Source: Eledone cirrhosa
Lineage: Eukaryota
Assembly (NCBI GenBank): GCA_964016885.1
Contig: OZ024743.1
Location: 339,078,001-339,142,000 of the forward strand
Length of the DNA: 64,000 nucleotides
Direction of reading: 5' to 3'
The notes beneath the pieces were generated by a model. It did no database searches. It worked only from the letters and a program-made list of their open reading frames with translations, and was not told where the DNA came from. Below, piece by piece: positions 1-13,032 of the stretch. The position numbers were made by a program, and so were the translations under genes. The first letter of the stretch is position 1; each line of letters starts with the position of its first letter.

Positions 1-3000
1 TCCTGTTGTAATACTAGTTAGTGACTGTCTGAGGTCTAACTAGTTAGTGACAGTCAGTGGTCTAACTACTTAGTGACAGTCTGTGGTCTAAATAGTTAGT
101 GACAGCCTGTGGTCTAACTAGTTAGTGTCAGCCTGTAGTCTAACTAGTTACAGCCCGTGGTCTAAATAGTTATAGAGTGTGGTCCAACTAGTTAGTGACA
201 GTCTGTGGTTTAACTAGTTGCAGTCTGTGATCTAACTAGTTACAGTCTGTGGTCTAACTAGTTAGTGACAGTCTGTGGGCTAACTAGTTAGTGACAGTCT
301 CTGGTCTAACTAGTTAGTGACAGTCTGTGGTCTAACTAGTTAGTGACAGCCTGTGGTCTAATTAGTTAGTGACAAACGGTGGTCTAACTAGTGACAGCCT
401 GTGGTTTAGCTAGTTAGTGACAGCCTGTGGTCTAACTTGTTACAGTTTGTTGTCATACTAGTTAGTGACAGCCTGTGGTCTAACTACTTCGTGACAGTCT
501 GTGGTCTAAATACATAGTGACAGACTGTGGTTTATCTACATTGTGACACCCTGTGGTGTAATTAGTTAGTGAGAGCCCGTGGTCTAACTTGTTAGTTACA
601 GTCTGTGATCTAACCAGTCAGTGACAGCCTGTGGTCTAACTAGTTAGTGACAGTCTGTGGTCTAACAAGTTAGTGATAGCCTGTAATTTAATTAGTTAGA
701 GAAAGTCTGTGGTCTATCTAATTACAGCATGTGGCCTAACTAGTTAGTGACAGTCTTTGGTTTAGCTAGTTAGTGACAATCTATGGTCTAACTAGTTACT
801 GACACCCTGTTGTCTAACTAGTTTGTGACAGCCTGTGGTCTAACTAGTTAGTGAAAGGCTGTGCTCTAACTAGTTAGTGACAGCCTGTGGTCTACCTAGT
901 TAGTGACAGCCTGTTGTCTAACTAGTTACAGCCTGTGGTCTAACTAGGAGCAGCCTGTGGTCTAACTAGTTAGTGACAGTCTGTGGTTTAACTAGTTGCA
1001 GTATGTGGTGTAACTAGTTACAGTCTGTGGTCTAACTAGTTACTGACAGTCCCTGGTCTAACTAGTTAGTGACAGTCTGTGCTCTAACTATTTAGTGACA
1101 GCCTGTAATTTAATTAGTTAGAGACAGTCTGTCGTCTACCTAGTTAGTGACAGTCTGTGCTCTAACTATTTAGTGACAGCCTTTAATTTAATTAGTTAGA
1201 GACAGTCTGTGATCTAACTAGTTAGTGACAGGCTGTGCTCTAACTAGTTAGTGACAGCCTGTGATCTAACTAGTTAGTGACAGCCTGTGGTCGAACTAGT
1301 TAGTGAGGGTCTGTGGTTTAACTAGTTTCAGTCTGTGGTGTAACTAGTTACAGTCTGTGGTCTAACTAGTTATAGCCTGTGGTCTAAGTAGTTAGTGACA
1401 GCCTATGTTCTAACTAGTTAGTGACAATGTATGGTCTAACTAATTACAGTCTGTGTTAAAACTAGTTAGTTTCAGTTTCTGGTTTAATAGTTAGTGAGAG
1501 ACTGTGGTCTAAATAGTTACAGTCTGTGGTCTAACTACTTAGTAACAGCCTTTGGTCGAAGTAGTTACAGCCTGTGGTTTAACCAGTTAGTGACAGTCTG
1601 ATGTCTAACTTGTTAGTGACAGCCTGTGGTTAACTAGTTAGTGATAATTTGTGGTCTAACTATTTAGTGAGAGCCTGTGGTCTAACTAGTTAGTGACAGT
1701 TTTTGATGTATCTAATTAGTGACAATCTGTGGTTTAACTAGTTACAGCCGTTTGTCTAATTAGTTTGTTACAGTCTGTGATATAACTAGTTAGGGACAGA
1801 CTGTGGTCTAACTAGTCAGTGACAGTCTGTGGTTTAAATACTTAGTGACAGCCTGTGGTCTAACAAGTAATTGACAGTCTGTGGTCTAACTACTTTGTGA
1901 CATCCTGTGGTCTAATTAGTCAGTGACAGTCTGTGGTCTAACTAGTTACAGTTTGTGGTCTACCTTGTTAGTGACAGTCTGTGGTCTAACTATTTAGTGA
2001 GAGTATGTGGCCTAACTAGTTACAGTTTGTGGTCTAACTAGTTAGTCAAAGCTTGTCGTCTAACTAGTTAGTGACAGTCTCTAGTCTAACTAGTTAGGCC
2101 TGTGGTCTAACTAAGAGAAGCCTGTGGTCTAACTAGTTAGTGAGGGTCTGTGGTTTAACTAGTTGCAGTCTGTGGTCTAACTAGTTTCTGACAGCCCCTG
2201 GTCTAACTAGTTAGTGACATTCTGTGGTCTAACTAGTTAGGAACAGCCTGTAATTTAATTAGTTAGCGACAGTGTGTGGTCTAACTAGTTACAGCATGTT
2301 GTCTAACTAGTTAATGACAGTCTGTGGTCTAACTAGTTAGAGGCAGGTTGTGGTTTAACTAGTTAGTGACAGCTTGTGGTCTAACTAGTTAGTTACAGCC
2401 TCTGATCTTACTAGTTAGTGACAGCCTGCGTTCTAACAAGTTAGTGAAAACGTGTGGTCTAACTAGTTAGTGACAGTCTGTGGTTCAACTAGTTAGTGAA
2501 AGTCTGGGGTCTAACTATTAACAGACTGTGGTCTAACTAGTCACTGACAATTTTTGGTCTAACTAGTTAGTGACAGACTGTGGTCTAACTAGTTAGTGAC
2601 AGACTGTGGTCTAACTAGTTAGTGACAACCTGTGGTTTAACTTGTTACAGCCTGTGGTCTAACTACTTAGAGACAGCCTGTAGTCTAACTAGTTTGTGAC
2701 TGTCTGTGATCTAACTAGTTACAGTTTGAGGTCTAACTCATTAGTAGCAGTTTGTGGTCCAACTAGTTAGTGACAGTCTGTGGTCTAACTTGTTACACTT
2801 TGTTGTCTCACTAGTAAGAGAAAGCTTGCGGTCTAACTAGTTAATAACAGTCTGTGGTTTAACTACTTACTGACACCCTGCGGTCTAACTAGTTAGTGAC
2901 AATCTGTTGTTTAACTAGTTAGTGACAGTTTGTTGTTTAACTAGTTAGTGATAGCCTGTGGTCTAACTAGTTACAACCTGTGGTCTAACTAGTTAATTAC

Positions 3001-6000
3001 AGTCTGTGGTCTAACTAGTTAGAGACAGTTTGTCGTCTAACTACTTAGTGGCAGTCTGTGGTCTAACTAGTTAGTGATAGCCTCTTATCTAACTAGTTAT
3101 TGAGTCTATGGTCTAACTAGTTAGTGACAGCTTGTGGTCTAAATATTTAATGACAGTCTGTGGCCTGACATGGTATAGGTAGTTTGTGGTCTATCTAGTT
3201 AGTGACAATCTGTGTTCTAACTAGTTAGTGACAGTCTGTGGTTTAACTACTTAGTGACAGTTTGTGGTCTAATTAGTTAGTGACAGTTTGTGATCTAACT
3301 AGTTAGTGACAGCTTATGGTCTAACTGGTTAGTGATAGTCTGTGATTTAACTAGTTAGTGAGAGTCTGTGGTCTAAAAAGTTAGTTACAATCACTGATCT
3401 AACTAATAGTGACAGTCTGTGGTCTCACTAGTTAGTGACAGTTTGTGGTCTAAATAGTTAGTGACAGTCTATGATTTAACTAGTTAGTGACAGCCTCTGG
3501 TCTAACTAGTTAGTGAGAGTCTGTGGTCTAAATAGTTAGTTACAATCACTGGTCTAACTAATAGTGACAGTCTGTGGTCTCACTAGTTAGTGACAGTTTG
3601 TGGTCTAAATAGTTAGTGACAGTCAATGGTTTAACTAGTTAGTGACAGCCTGTGGTCTAACTAGTTAATGACAGTCTGTGGTCTAACTAGTTAGTGGCAG
3701 TCTGTGGTCTAACTAGTTGGTGATAGCCTCTTATCTAACCGGTTAGTGAGTCTGTGGTCTAACTAGTTAGGGACACTCTGTGGTCCAACTAGTTAGTTAC
3801 AATCAGTGGTCTAACTAGTTAGTGACAGGCTGTGGTCTATCTAGTTAGTGAGAGTTTTTGGTCTAAATAGTTAGTGACAGTTTGTGGTCTAACTAGTTAG
3901 TGACAGCCTCTGGTCTAACTAGTTAGTGATAGACTGTGGTTTAACTAGTTAGTGACAGCCTCTGGTCAAACTAGTAAGTTACAGTCTGTGGTCTAACTAG
4001 TTAGTGACAGCATGTGGTCTAACTAGTTATTGACATTACCTGGTCTAACTAATTAATGATAGTCTGTGGTCTAACTAGTTCGTGACAGCATGTGGTCTAA
4101 CTAGTTAGTGAGAGTCCGTGGTCCAACAAGTTATTGACAGCCTGAAATTTAATTAGTTAGAGACAGTCAGTCGTCTAACTAGTTACAGATAGTGGACTAA
4201 CTAGGTAGTGAGAGTCTGTGGTCTAACATGTTATTGACAGTCTGTGGTCTAACTAATTAGTGACAGAGTGTGGTCTAACTACTTAGTGACAGCCTGTGGT
4301 CTAACTAGTTTGAGACAGTCTGGGATCTAAATAGTTACAGTTTGCGGTCTAACTAGTTAGTGACAGCCTGTGGTCTAACTAGTTAATGACAGTCTGTGGT
4401 CTTACTAGTTAGAGACAGTTTGAGGTCTAACTAGTTAGTGGCAGTCTGTGGTCTAACTAGTTAGTGATAGCCTCTTATCTAACCGGTTAGTGAGTCTGTG
4501 GTCTAACTAGTTAGTAACAGCCTGTAATTTAATTAGTTAGCGACAGTGTGTGGTCTAACTAGATACAACCTGTTGTCTAACTAGGCACTGACAATTTTTG
4601 GTCTAACTAGTTAGTGACAGACTGTGGTATAACTAGTTAGTGACAGTCTGTGTTCTAACAAGTTATTGACAGTCTGTGGTCTAACTAGTTAGTGACAGCT
4701 TGTGGTCTAACTACTTAGTGACAGCCTGTGGTCTAACTAGTTTGTGACTGTCTGTGATCTAAATAGTTACAGTTTGAGGTCTAACTTGTTAGTAGCATTC
4801 TGTGGTCCAACTAGTTAGCGACAGTCTGTGGTCTAACTTGTTACAGTTTGTGGTCTAACTAGTTAGTGGAAGCTTGTGGTCTAACTAGTTAGTGACAGTC
4901 TGTGGTTTAACTACTTAGTGACAGCCTGCGGTCTAACTAGTTAGTGACAATCTGTTGTTTAACTAGTTAGTGACAGCTTGTGGTCTAACTTGTTACAACC
5001 TGTGGTCTAACTAGTTAATGAAAGTCTGTGGTCTAACTAGTTAGAGACAGTTTGTCGTCTAACTACTTAGTGGCAGTCTATGGTCTAACTAGTTAGTGAT
5101 AGCCTCTTATCTAACTAGTTATTGAGTCTGTGGTCTACCTAGTTAGTGACAGCTTGTGGTATAAGTATTTAATGACAGTCTGTGGTATAACAATTTAATG
5201 ACAGTAATTGGTAGAGGTAGTTTGTGGTCTAACTAGTTAGTGACAATCTGTGGTCTAACTAGTTAGTGACAGTCTGTGGTTTTAGATAGTGAGAGTTTGT
5301 GGTCTTACTTGTTAGTGACAGTTTGTGGTCTAACTAGTTAGTGATAGTCTGTGGTTTAACTAGTTAGTGACAGCCTCTGGTCTAACTAGTTAGTGAGAGT
5401 CTGTGGTCTAAATAGTTAGTTACAATCACTGGTCTAACTAATAGTGACAGTCTGTGGTCTAACTAGTTAGTGACAGCTTCTGGCCTAACTAGTTAGGGAC
5501 ACACTGTGGTCCAACTAGTTAGTTACAATCTGTCTTTCTTGTTAGTGACAGTTTGTGGTCTAACTAGTTAGTGAGATTCTGTGGGCAAACTGTAGTGACA
5601 GCCTCTGGTCTAACTAGTTAGTGACAGTCTGTGGTCTAACTAGTTAGTGACAGTCTGTGGTTTAACTAGTTGCAGTCTGTGTTCTAACTTATTACAGTCT
5701 GTGGTCTAACTAGTTAGTGACAGCCTGTGGTCTAACTAGTTATTGATAGTCTCTGGTCTAACTAGTTAGTGATAGTCTGTGGTCTAACTAGTTCGTGACA
5801 GTATGTGGTCTAACTAGTTAGTGAGAGTCCGTGGTCCAACTAGTTAGTGACAGCCTGTAATTTAATTAGTTAGAGACAGTCTGTGGTCTAACTAGTTACA
5901 GACTGTGGTCTAACTAGTTAGTCACAATCTGTGGTCTAACAAGTTATTGACAGTCTGTGGTCTAACTAGTTAGTGACAGACTGTGGTATAACTAGTTTGT

Positions 6001-9000
6001 GACAGTCTGTGATCTAACTACTTAGTGACAGTCTGTGGTCTAAATAGTTAGAGACAGCCTGTGGTCTAACTAGTTAGTGACAGTCTCTGGTCTAACCAGT
6101 TAGTGACAGTTTGTGGTTTGACTAGTCAGTGAAAGTATGTGGTCTAACAAGTAACAGCCTGTGGTCTAACTAGTCTGTGACAGTTTTTGGTCTAACTAGT
6201 TAGTTACGGACTGTGGTCTAACTAATTAGTTACAGCCTGTCGTTTAACTAGTTGCAGTTTGTGGTCTAACTAGTTAATGACAGTCTGTGGTCTTACTAGT
6301 TAGAGACAGTTTGAGGACTAACTAGTTAGTGGCAGTCTGTGATCTAAGTAGTTAGTGATAGCCTCTTATCTAACTGGTTAGTCAGTCTGTGGTCTAACTA
6401 GTTAGGGAACTCTGTGGTCCAACTAGTTAGTTACAATCTGTGGTATAACTAGTTAGTGACAGCCTCTGGTCTAACTAGTTAGTGATAGTCTGTGGTTTAA
6501 CTAGTTAGTGACAGCCTCTGGTCTAACTAGTTAGTGAGAGTCTGTAGTCTAACTAGTTAGTGACAGTCTGTGGTTTAACTAGTTGCAGTCTGTGTTCTAA
6601 CTTATTACAGTCTGTGGTCTAACTAGTTAGTGACAGCCTGTGGTCTAACTACTTATTGACACTCTCTGGTCTAACTAGTTAGTGATAGTCTGTGGTCTAA
6701 CTAGTTCGTGACAGTATGTGGTCTAACTTGTTAGTGAGAGTTCGTGGTCCAACTAGCTAGTGACAGCCTGTAATTTAATTAGTTAGAGACAGTCTGTGGT
6801 CTAACTGGTTACAGATTGTGTTCTAACTAGTTAGTGACAGTCTGTGGTCTAACAAGTTATTGACAGTATGTGGTCCAACTAGTTAGTGACAGCCTGTAAT
6901 TTAATTAGTTAGAGACATTCTGTTGTATAACTAGTTACGGTTTGAGGTCTAACTCGTTAGTAGCGGTCTGTGGTCCAACTAGTTAGTGACAGTTTGTGGT
7001 CTAACTTGTTACAGTTTGTCGTCTAACTAGTTAGTGATAGCTTGTGGTCTAACTAGTTAGTGACAATATGTTGTTTAACTAGTTAGTGACTGACTGTGGT
7101 CTAACTAGTTACAACTTGTGGTCTAACTAGTTAATGACAGTGTGTGGTCTAACTAGTTAGAGACAGTTTGTCGTCTAACCACTTAGTGGCAGTCTGTGGT
7201 CTAACTAGTTAGCAATAGCATCTTATATAACTAGTTATTGAGTCTGTGGTCTACCTAGTTAGTGACAGCTTGTGGTCTAACTATTTAATGACCGCCTGTG
7301 GTCTAATTTGGTAGAGGTAGTTTGTGGTCTAACTAGTTAGTGACAATCTGTGATCTAACTAGTTAGTGACAGTCTGTGGTTTAACTAGTTAGTGACAGTT
7401 TGTGGTCTAACTAGTTAGTGACAGTTTGTGGTCTAACTACTTAGTGACAGACTCTGGGCTAACTAGTTAGTGAGAGTCTGTGGTCTAAATAGTTAGTTAC
7501 AATCACTGGTCTAACTAATATTGACAGTCTGTGGTCTAACTAGCTAGTGACAGTTTGTGGTCTAATTAGTTAATGACAGTCTGTGGACTAACTAGTTACA
7601 GAGAGTTTGAGGTCTAACTAGTTAGTGGCAGTCTGTGGTCTAACTAGATAGTGATAGCCTCTTATCTAACTGGTTAGTGAGTCTGTGGTCTAACTAGTTA
7701 GGGACACTCTGGGGTCCAACTAGTTAGTTACAATCTGTGGTATAACTAGTTAGTGACAGCCTCTGGTCTAACTAGTTAGTGATAGTCTTTGGTTTAACTA
7801 GTTAGTGACAGCCTCTGGTCTAACTAGTTAGTGAGAGTCTGTAGTCTAACTAGTTAGTGAGAGTCTGTTGTTTAACTAGTTGCAGTCTGTGTTCTAACTT
7901 ATTACAGTCTGTGGTCTAACTAGTTAGTGACAGCCTGAGGTCTAACTACTTATTGACACTCTCTGGTCTAACTAGTTAGTGATAGTCTGTCGTCTAACTA
8001 GTTCGTGACAGTATGTGGTCTAACTAGTTAGTGAGAGTCCGTGGTCCAACTAGTCCGTGGTCCAACTAGCCTGTAATTTAATTAGTTAGAGACAGTCAGT
8101 GGTCTAACTGTTTACGGTTTGAGGTCTAACTCGTTAGTAGCGGTCTGTGGACCAAATAGTTAGTGACAGTCTGTGGTCTAACTTGTTACAGTTTGTCGTC
8201 TAACTAGTTAGTGATAGCTTGTGGTCTAACTAGTTAGTGACAGTCTGTGGTTTAACTACTTAGTGACAGCCTGCTGTCTAACTAGTTAGTGACAATATGT
8301 TGTTTAACTAGTTAGTGACAGCCTGTGGTCTAACTAGTTACAACCTGTGGTCTAACTAATTAGTGACAACCTGTGGTCTAATTAGTTACAACCTCTGGTC
8401 TAACTAGTTAATGACAGTCTGTGGTCTAACTAGTTAGAGACAGTTTGTCGTCTAACTACTTAGTGGCAGTCTGTGGTCTAACTAGTTAGTGATAGCCTCT
8501 TATCTAACTAGTTATTGAGTCTGTGGTCTAACTAGTTAGTGACAGCTTGTGGTCTAACTATTTAATGACAGTCTGTGGTCTAACTAGTTAGTGACAGTTT
8601 GTGGTCTAAATAGTTAGTGAAAATCTATGATTTGACTTGTTAGTGAAAGTCTATGGTCTACCTAGTAACAGCATGTGGTCTAACTAGTCACTGACAGTTT
8701 TTGGTCTAACTATTTAGTGACAGACTGTGGTATAACTAATTAGTGAGAGCCTATGGTTTAACTAGTTTCAGCCTGTGGTCTAAATAGTTAGTGACAGTCT
8801 GTGGTCTAACAAGTTATTGACAGTCTGCCATCTAACTAGTTAGTGACAGCCTGTGGTCTAACTACTTAGGGACAGCCTGTGGTCTAACTAGTTCGTGACA
8901 GTCTCTGGTCTAAAGAGTTACAGTTTGTGTGTCTAACTAGTTAGTGACAGCCTGTGGTCTAACAAGTTATTGACAGTCTGTGGTCTAACTAGGTAGTGAC

Positions 9001-12000
9001 GGACTGTGGTCTAACTAGTTAGTGAAAGCCTCTGGTCTAACTAGTTAAGGACACTCTGTGATCAATCTAGTTAGTTACAATCTGTGGTCTAACTAGTTAG
9101 TGACAGTCTGTGGTCTAACTAGTTAGTGACAGCCTCTGGTCTAACTAGTTAGTGATAGTCTGTTGTTTAACTAGTTAGTGACAGCCTCTGGTTTAACTAC
9201 TTAGTGACAGTCTGTGGTCTAACTAGTTAGTGACAAGCTGTGGTTTAACTAGTTGCAGTCTGTGTTCTAACTTATTATAGTCTGTGGCCTAACTAGTTAG
9301 TGACAGTATGTGGTCTAAGTAGTTATTGACAGTCTCTGGTCTAACTAGTTAGTTATAGTCTGTGGTCTAACTAGTTCGTGACAGTATGTGGTCTAACTAG
9401 TTAGTAAGAGTCCGTGTTCCAACTAGTTAGTGACAGCCTGTAATTTAATTAGTTAGAGACATTCTGTGGTCTAACTAGTTACAGACTGTGGTCTTACCAG
9501 TTAGTGACAGTCTGTGGTCTAACAAGTTATTGACAGTCTGTGGTCTAACTAGTTAGTGAGGGACTGTGGTCTAACTAATTAGTGACAGCCTCTGGTCTAA
9601 CTAGTTTGTGACAGTCTGTGATCTAACTAGTTACAGTTTGTGGTCTAACTAGTTAGTTTCAGCCGGTGGTCTAATTGCTTAGTGACAGCCTGTGGTATAA
9701 CTAGTTTGTGACAGTCTGTGGTGTAACTAGTTAGTGAAAGCCTCTGGCCTAACTAGTTAGTGACAGTCTGTGGTTTAACTACTTACTGACAGACTGTGGT
9801 CTAACTAGTTAGTGGCAATCTGTTGTTTAACTAGTTAGTGACAGCCTGTGGTCTAACTACTTACAACCTGTGGTCTAACTAGTTAATGACAGTCTGTGGT
9901 CTAACTAGTTAGTGATAGCCTCTTATCTAACTAGTTATTGAGTCTGTGCTCTAACTAGTTAGTGACAGCTTGTGGTCTAATTATTTAATGACAGTCTGTG
10001 GTCTAACTAGTTAGTGACCGTCTGTGGTCTAAATAGTTAGTTACAATCACTGGCCTAACTAGATAGTGATAGTCTGTGGTCTTACTACTTAGTGACAGCC
10101 TGTGGTCTAACTAATTTGTGACAGTCTGTGATTTAAGTAGTTACAGTTTGTGGTCTAACTAGTTAGTGACAGCCTGTGGTCTAACTAGTTAATGACAGTC
10201 TGTGTTCTAATTAGTTAATGACAGTCTGTGGTCTTACTAGTTAGAGGCAGTTTGTGGTCTAAATAGTTAGTGAAAGATTGTGGTTTAACTAGTTAGTGAC
10301 AGCCTGTGGTCTAATTAGTTACAGCCTGTTGTCTATCTAGTTAATGACAGTCTCTGGTCCAACTAGTTAGGGACAGTTTGAGGTCTAACTAGTTAGTGGC
10401 AGTCTGTGGTCTAACTAGTTAGTTATAGCCTCTTATCTAACTAATTAGTGAGTCTGTGGTCGAACTAGTCAGTGACAGTCTGTCGTCTAACTAGTTACAG
10501 TCTGTGGTCCAACTAGTTGTAGTTTGTGGTCTAACAAGTTAGCGACAGACTGTGGTATAATTCGTTAGTGACAGCCTGTGATTTAACTAGTTACAGCCTA
10601 TGGTCTAACTAGTTAGTGACAGTCTGTGGTTTAAGTAGTTAGTGACAGCCTGTGCTCTAACTAGTTACAACCTGTGGTCTAACTAGTTAATGACCGTCTG
10701 TGGTCTTGCTAGTTACACACAGTTTGTGGTCTAACTAGTTAGTGACAGCCTCTGGTCTAACTAGTTAGTGATAGTCTGTCGTCTAACTAGTCAGTGACAG
10801 TTTGTGGTCTAACTAGTTAGTGACAGTTTGTGGTTTAACTAGTTAGTGACAGCCTGTGGTCTAACTAGTTACAGCCTGTGGTGTAACTAGTTAATGACAG
10901 TCTGAGGTCTAACTAGTTAGAGACAGTTTGTGGTCTAACTAGTTAGTGGCATTCTGTGGTCTAACTAGTTAATGATAGCTTCTTATCTAACTAGTTAGTG
11001 AATCTGGGTCAAACTAGTTAGTGACAGTCTTCCTCTAACTAGTTAATGACAGCCTGTGGTCTAACTAGTTAGTGAAAGTTTGTGGTCTAACCAGTTAGTG
11101 ACAATCTGTGGTTTGACTAGTTAATGACAGCCTGTGCTCTAACTAGTTACAGACTGTTGTCTAACTAGTTAATGACAGTCTGTGGTCTAACTAGTTAGAG
11201 GCAGTTTGTGGTTTAACTAGTTAGTGACAGTTTGTGGTCTAACTATTTAGTGACACTTTGTGGTCTAACTAGTGAGTGACAGCCTCTGGTATAAATAATT
11301 AGTAATAGTCTGTGGTTTAACTAGTTAGTAACAGCCTCTGGTCTAACTAGTTAGTGACAGCCTGATGTCTAACTAGTTAGTGACAACCTGTGGTTTGACT
11401 AGTTAGTAAAAGTCTGTGGTCTAACTAGTAACAGCCTGTGGTCTACCTAGTCACTGACAGTTTTTGGTCTAACTAGTTAGTGAAAAACTGTGGTATAATT
11501 CGTTAGTGACAGCCTGTTGTTTAACTAGGTACAGCCTGTGGTCTAACTAGTTTGTCACAGTCTGTGATCTAACTAGTTACAGTTTGTGGTCTAACTAGTT
11601 AGTGAAAGCTTGTGGTCTAACTAGTTAGTGACAGTCTGTGGTTTAACTACTTACTGACAGTCTGCGGTCTAACTAGTTAGTGACAATCTGTCGTCTAACT
11701 AGTTAGTGACAATCTGTGGTTTAAGTAGTTAGTGACAGCCTGTGGTCTAACTAGTTACAACCTGTGGTTTAACTAGTTAATGACCGTCTCTGGTCTAGCT
11801 AGTTAGACACAGCCTGTGGTCTAACTAGTTAATGACAGTCTGTGGTCTAACTACGTAGAGGTACTTTGTGGTCTAACTAGTTAATGACAATCTCTGGTCT
11901 TACTAGTAACAGTCTGTGGTCTAACTAGTTAATGACAGTCTGTGGTCTAACTAGTTAGAGGGAGTTTGTGGTCTAACTAGTTAGTGACAATCTGTGGTCT

Positions 12001-13032
12001 AACTAGTTAGTGAGATTCAGTGGTCTAACTAGTCAGTGACAGTTTGTAGTCTACCTAGTTAGTGATAGTTTGTGGTTTAACTAGGTAGTGACAGCCTGTG
12101 GTCTAACTAGTTACAGCCTGTGGTCTAACTAATTAAGTACAGTCTGTGTTCTAACTAGTTAGGGAGAGTTTGTGGCCTAACTAGTTAGTGGCAGTCTGTG
12201 GTCTAACTAGTTAGTTATAGCCTCTTATCTAACTAGTTAGTGAGTCTGAGTCTAACTAGTTAGTGACAGCTCCTGGTCTAACTAGTTAGTGACAGTCTGT
12301 GGTCTCACTAGTTAGATACAATCTGTGGTCTAAGTAGTTAGTGGCAGTTTGTGGTCTACGTAGTTAGTGACAGTCTGGTTTAAGTACTTAGTGACAGCCT
12401 GTGGTCTAACTAGTTAATGAGAGTATGTGGTCTAACTAGTTTGAGGCAGTTTGTGGTCTAACTAGTTAGTGACAGTCTGTGGTCTAACTAGTTAATGACA
12501 GTCTGTGGTCTAACTAGTTAGTGGCAGTCTGTGGTCTAACTAGTTAGTGATAGCCTCTTATCTAACTAGTCAGTGAGTCTGGGTCTAACTAGTTAGTGAC
12601 AGTCTGTCGTCTAACTAGTTAATGACAGTCTGTGGTCTAAGTAGTTAGATGCAGTGTGTTGTCTAAAAAGTTAGTGACAATCTGTGATCTAACATGTAAG
12701 TGATTGTCTGTGGTTTACCTAGTTAGTGACAGCCTCTGGTCTAACTAGTTAGTGACAGTCTGTGGTCTAACTAGTTAATGAGAGTCTGTGGTCTAACTAG
12801 TTTGAGGCAGTTTGTGGTCTAACTAGTTTGAGGCGGTTTGTGGTCTAACTAGTTAAAGACAATCTGTGTTCTAACTAGTTAGTGACAATCTGTGGTCTAA
12901 CTAGTTAGTGACAGTCTGTGATCTAACTAGTTACAGTTTGTTGTCATACTAGTTAGAGACAGCCTGTGGTCTAACTAGTTAGTGTCAGTCTGTGGTCTAA
13001 CTACTTAGTGACAGTGTGTGGTCTAAATAGTT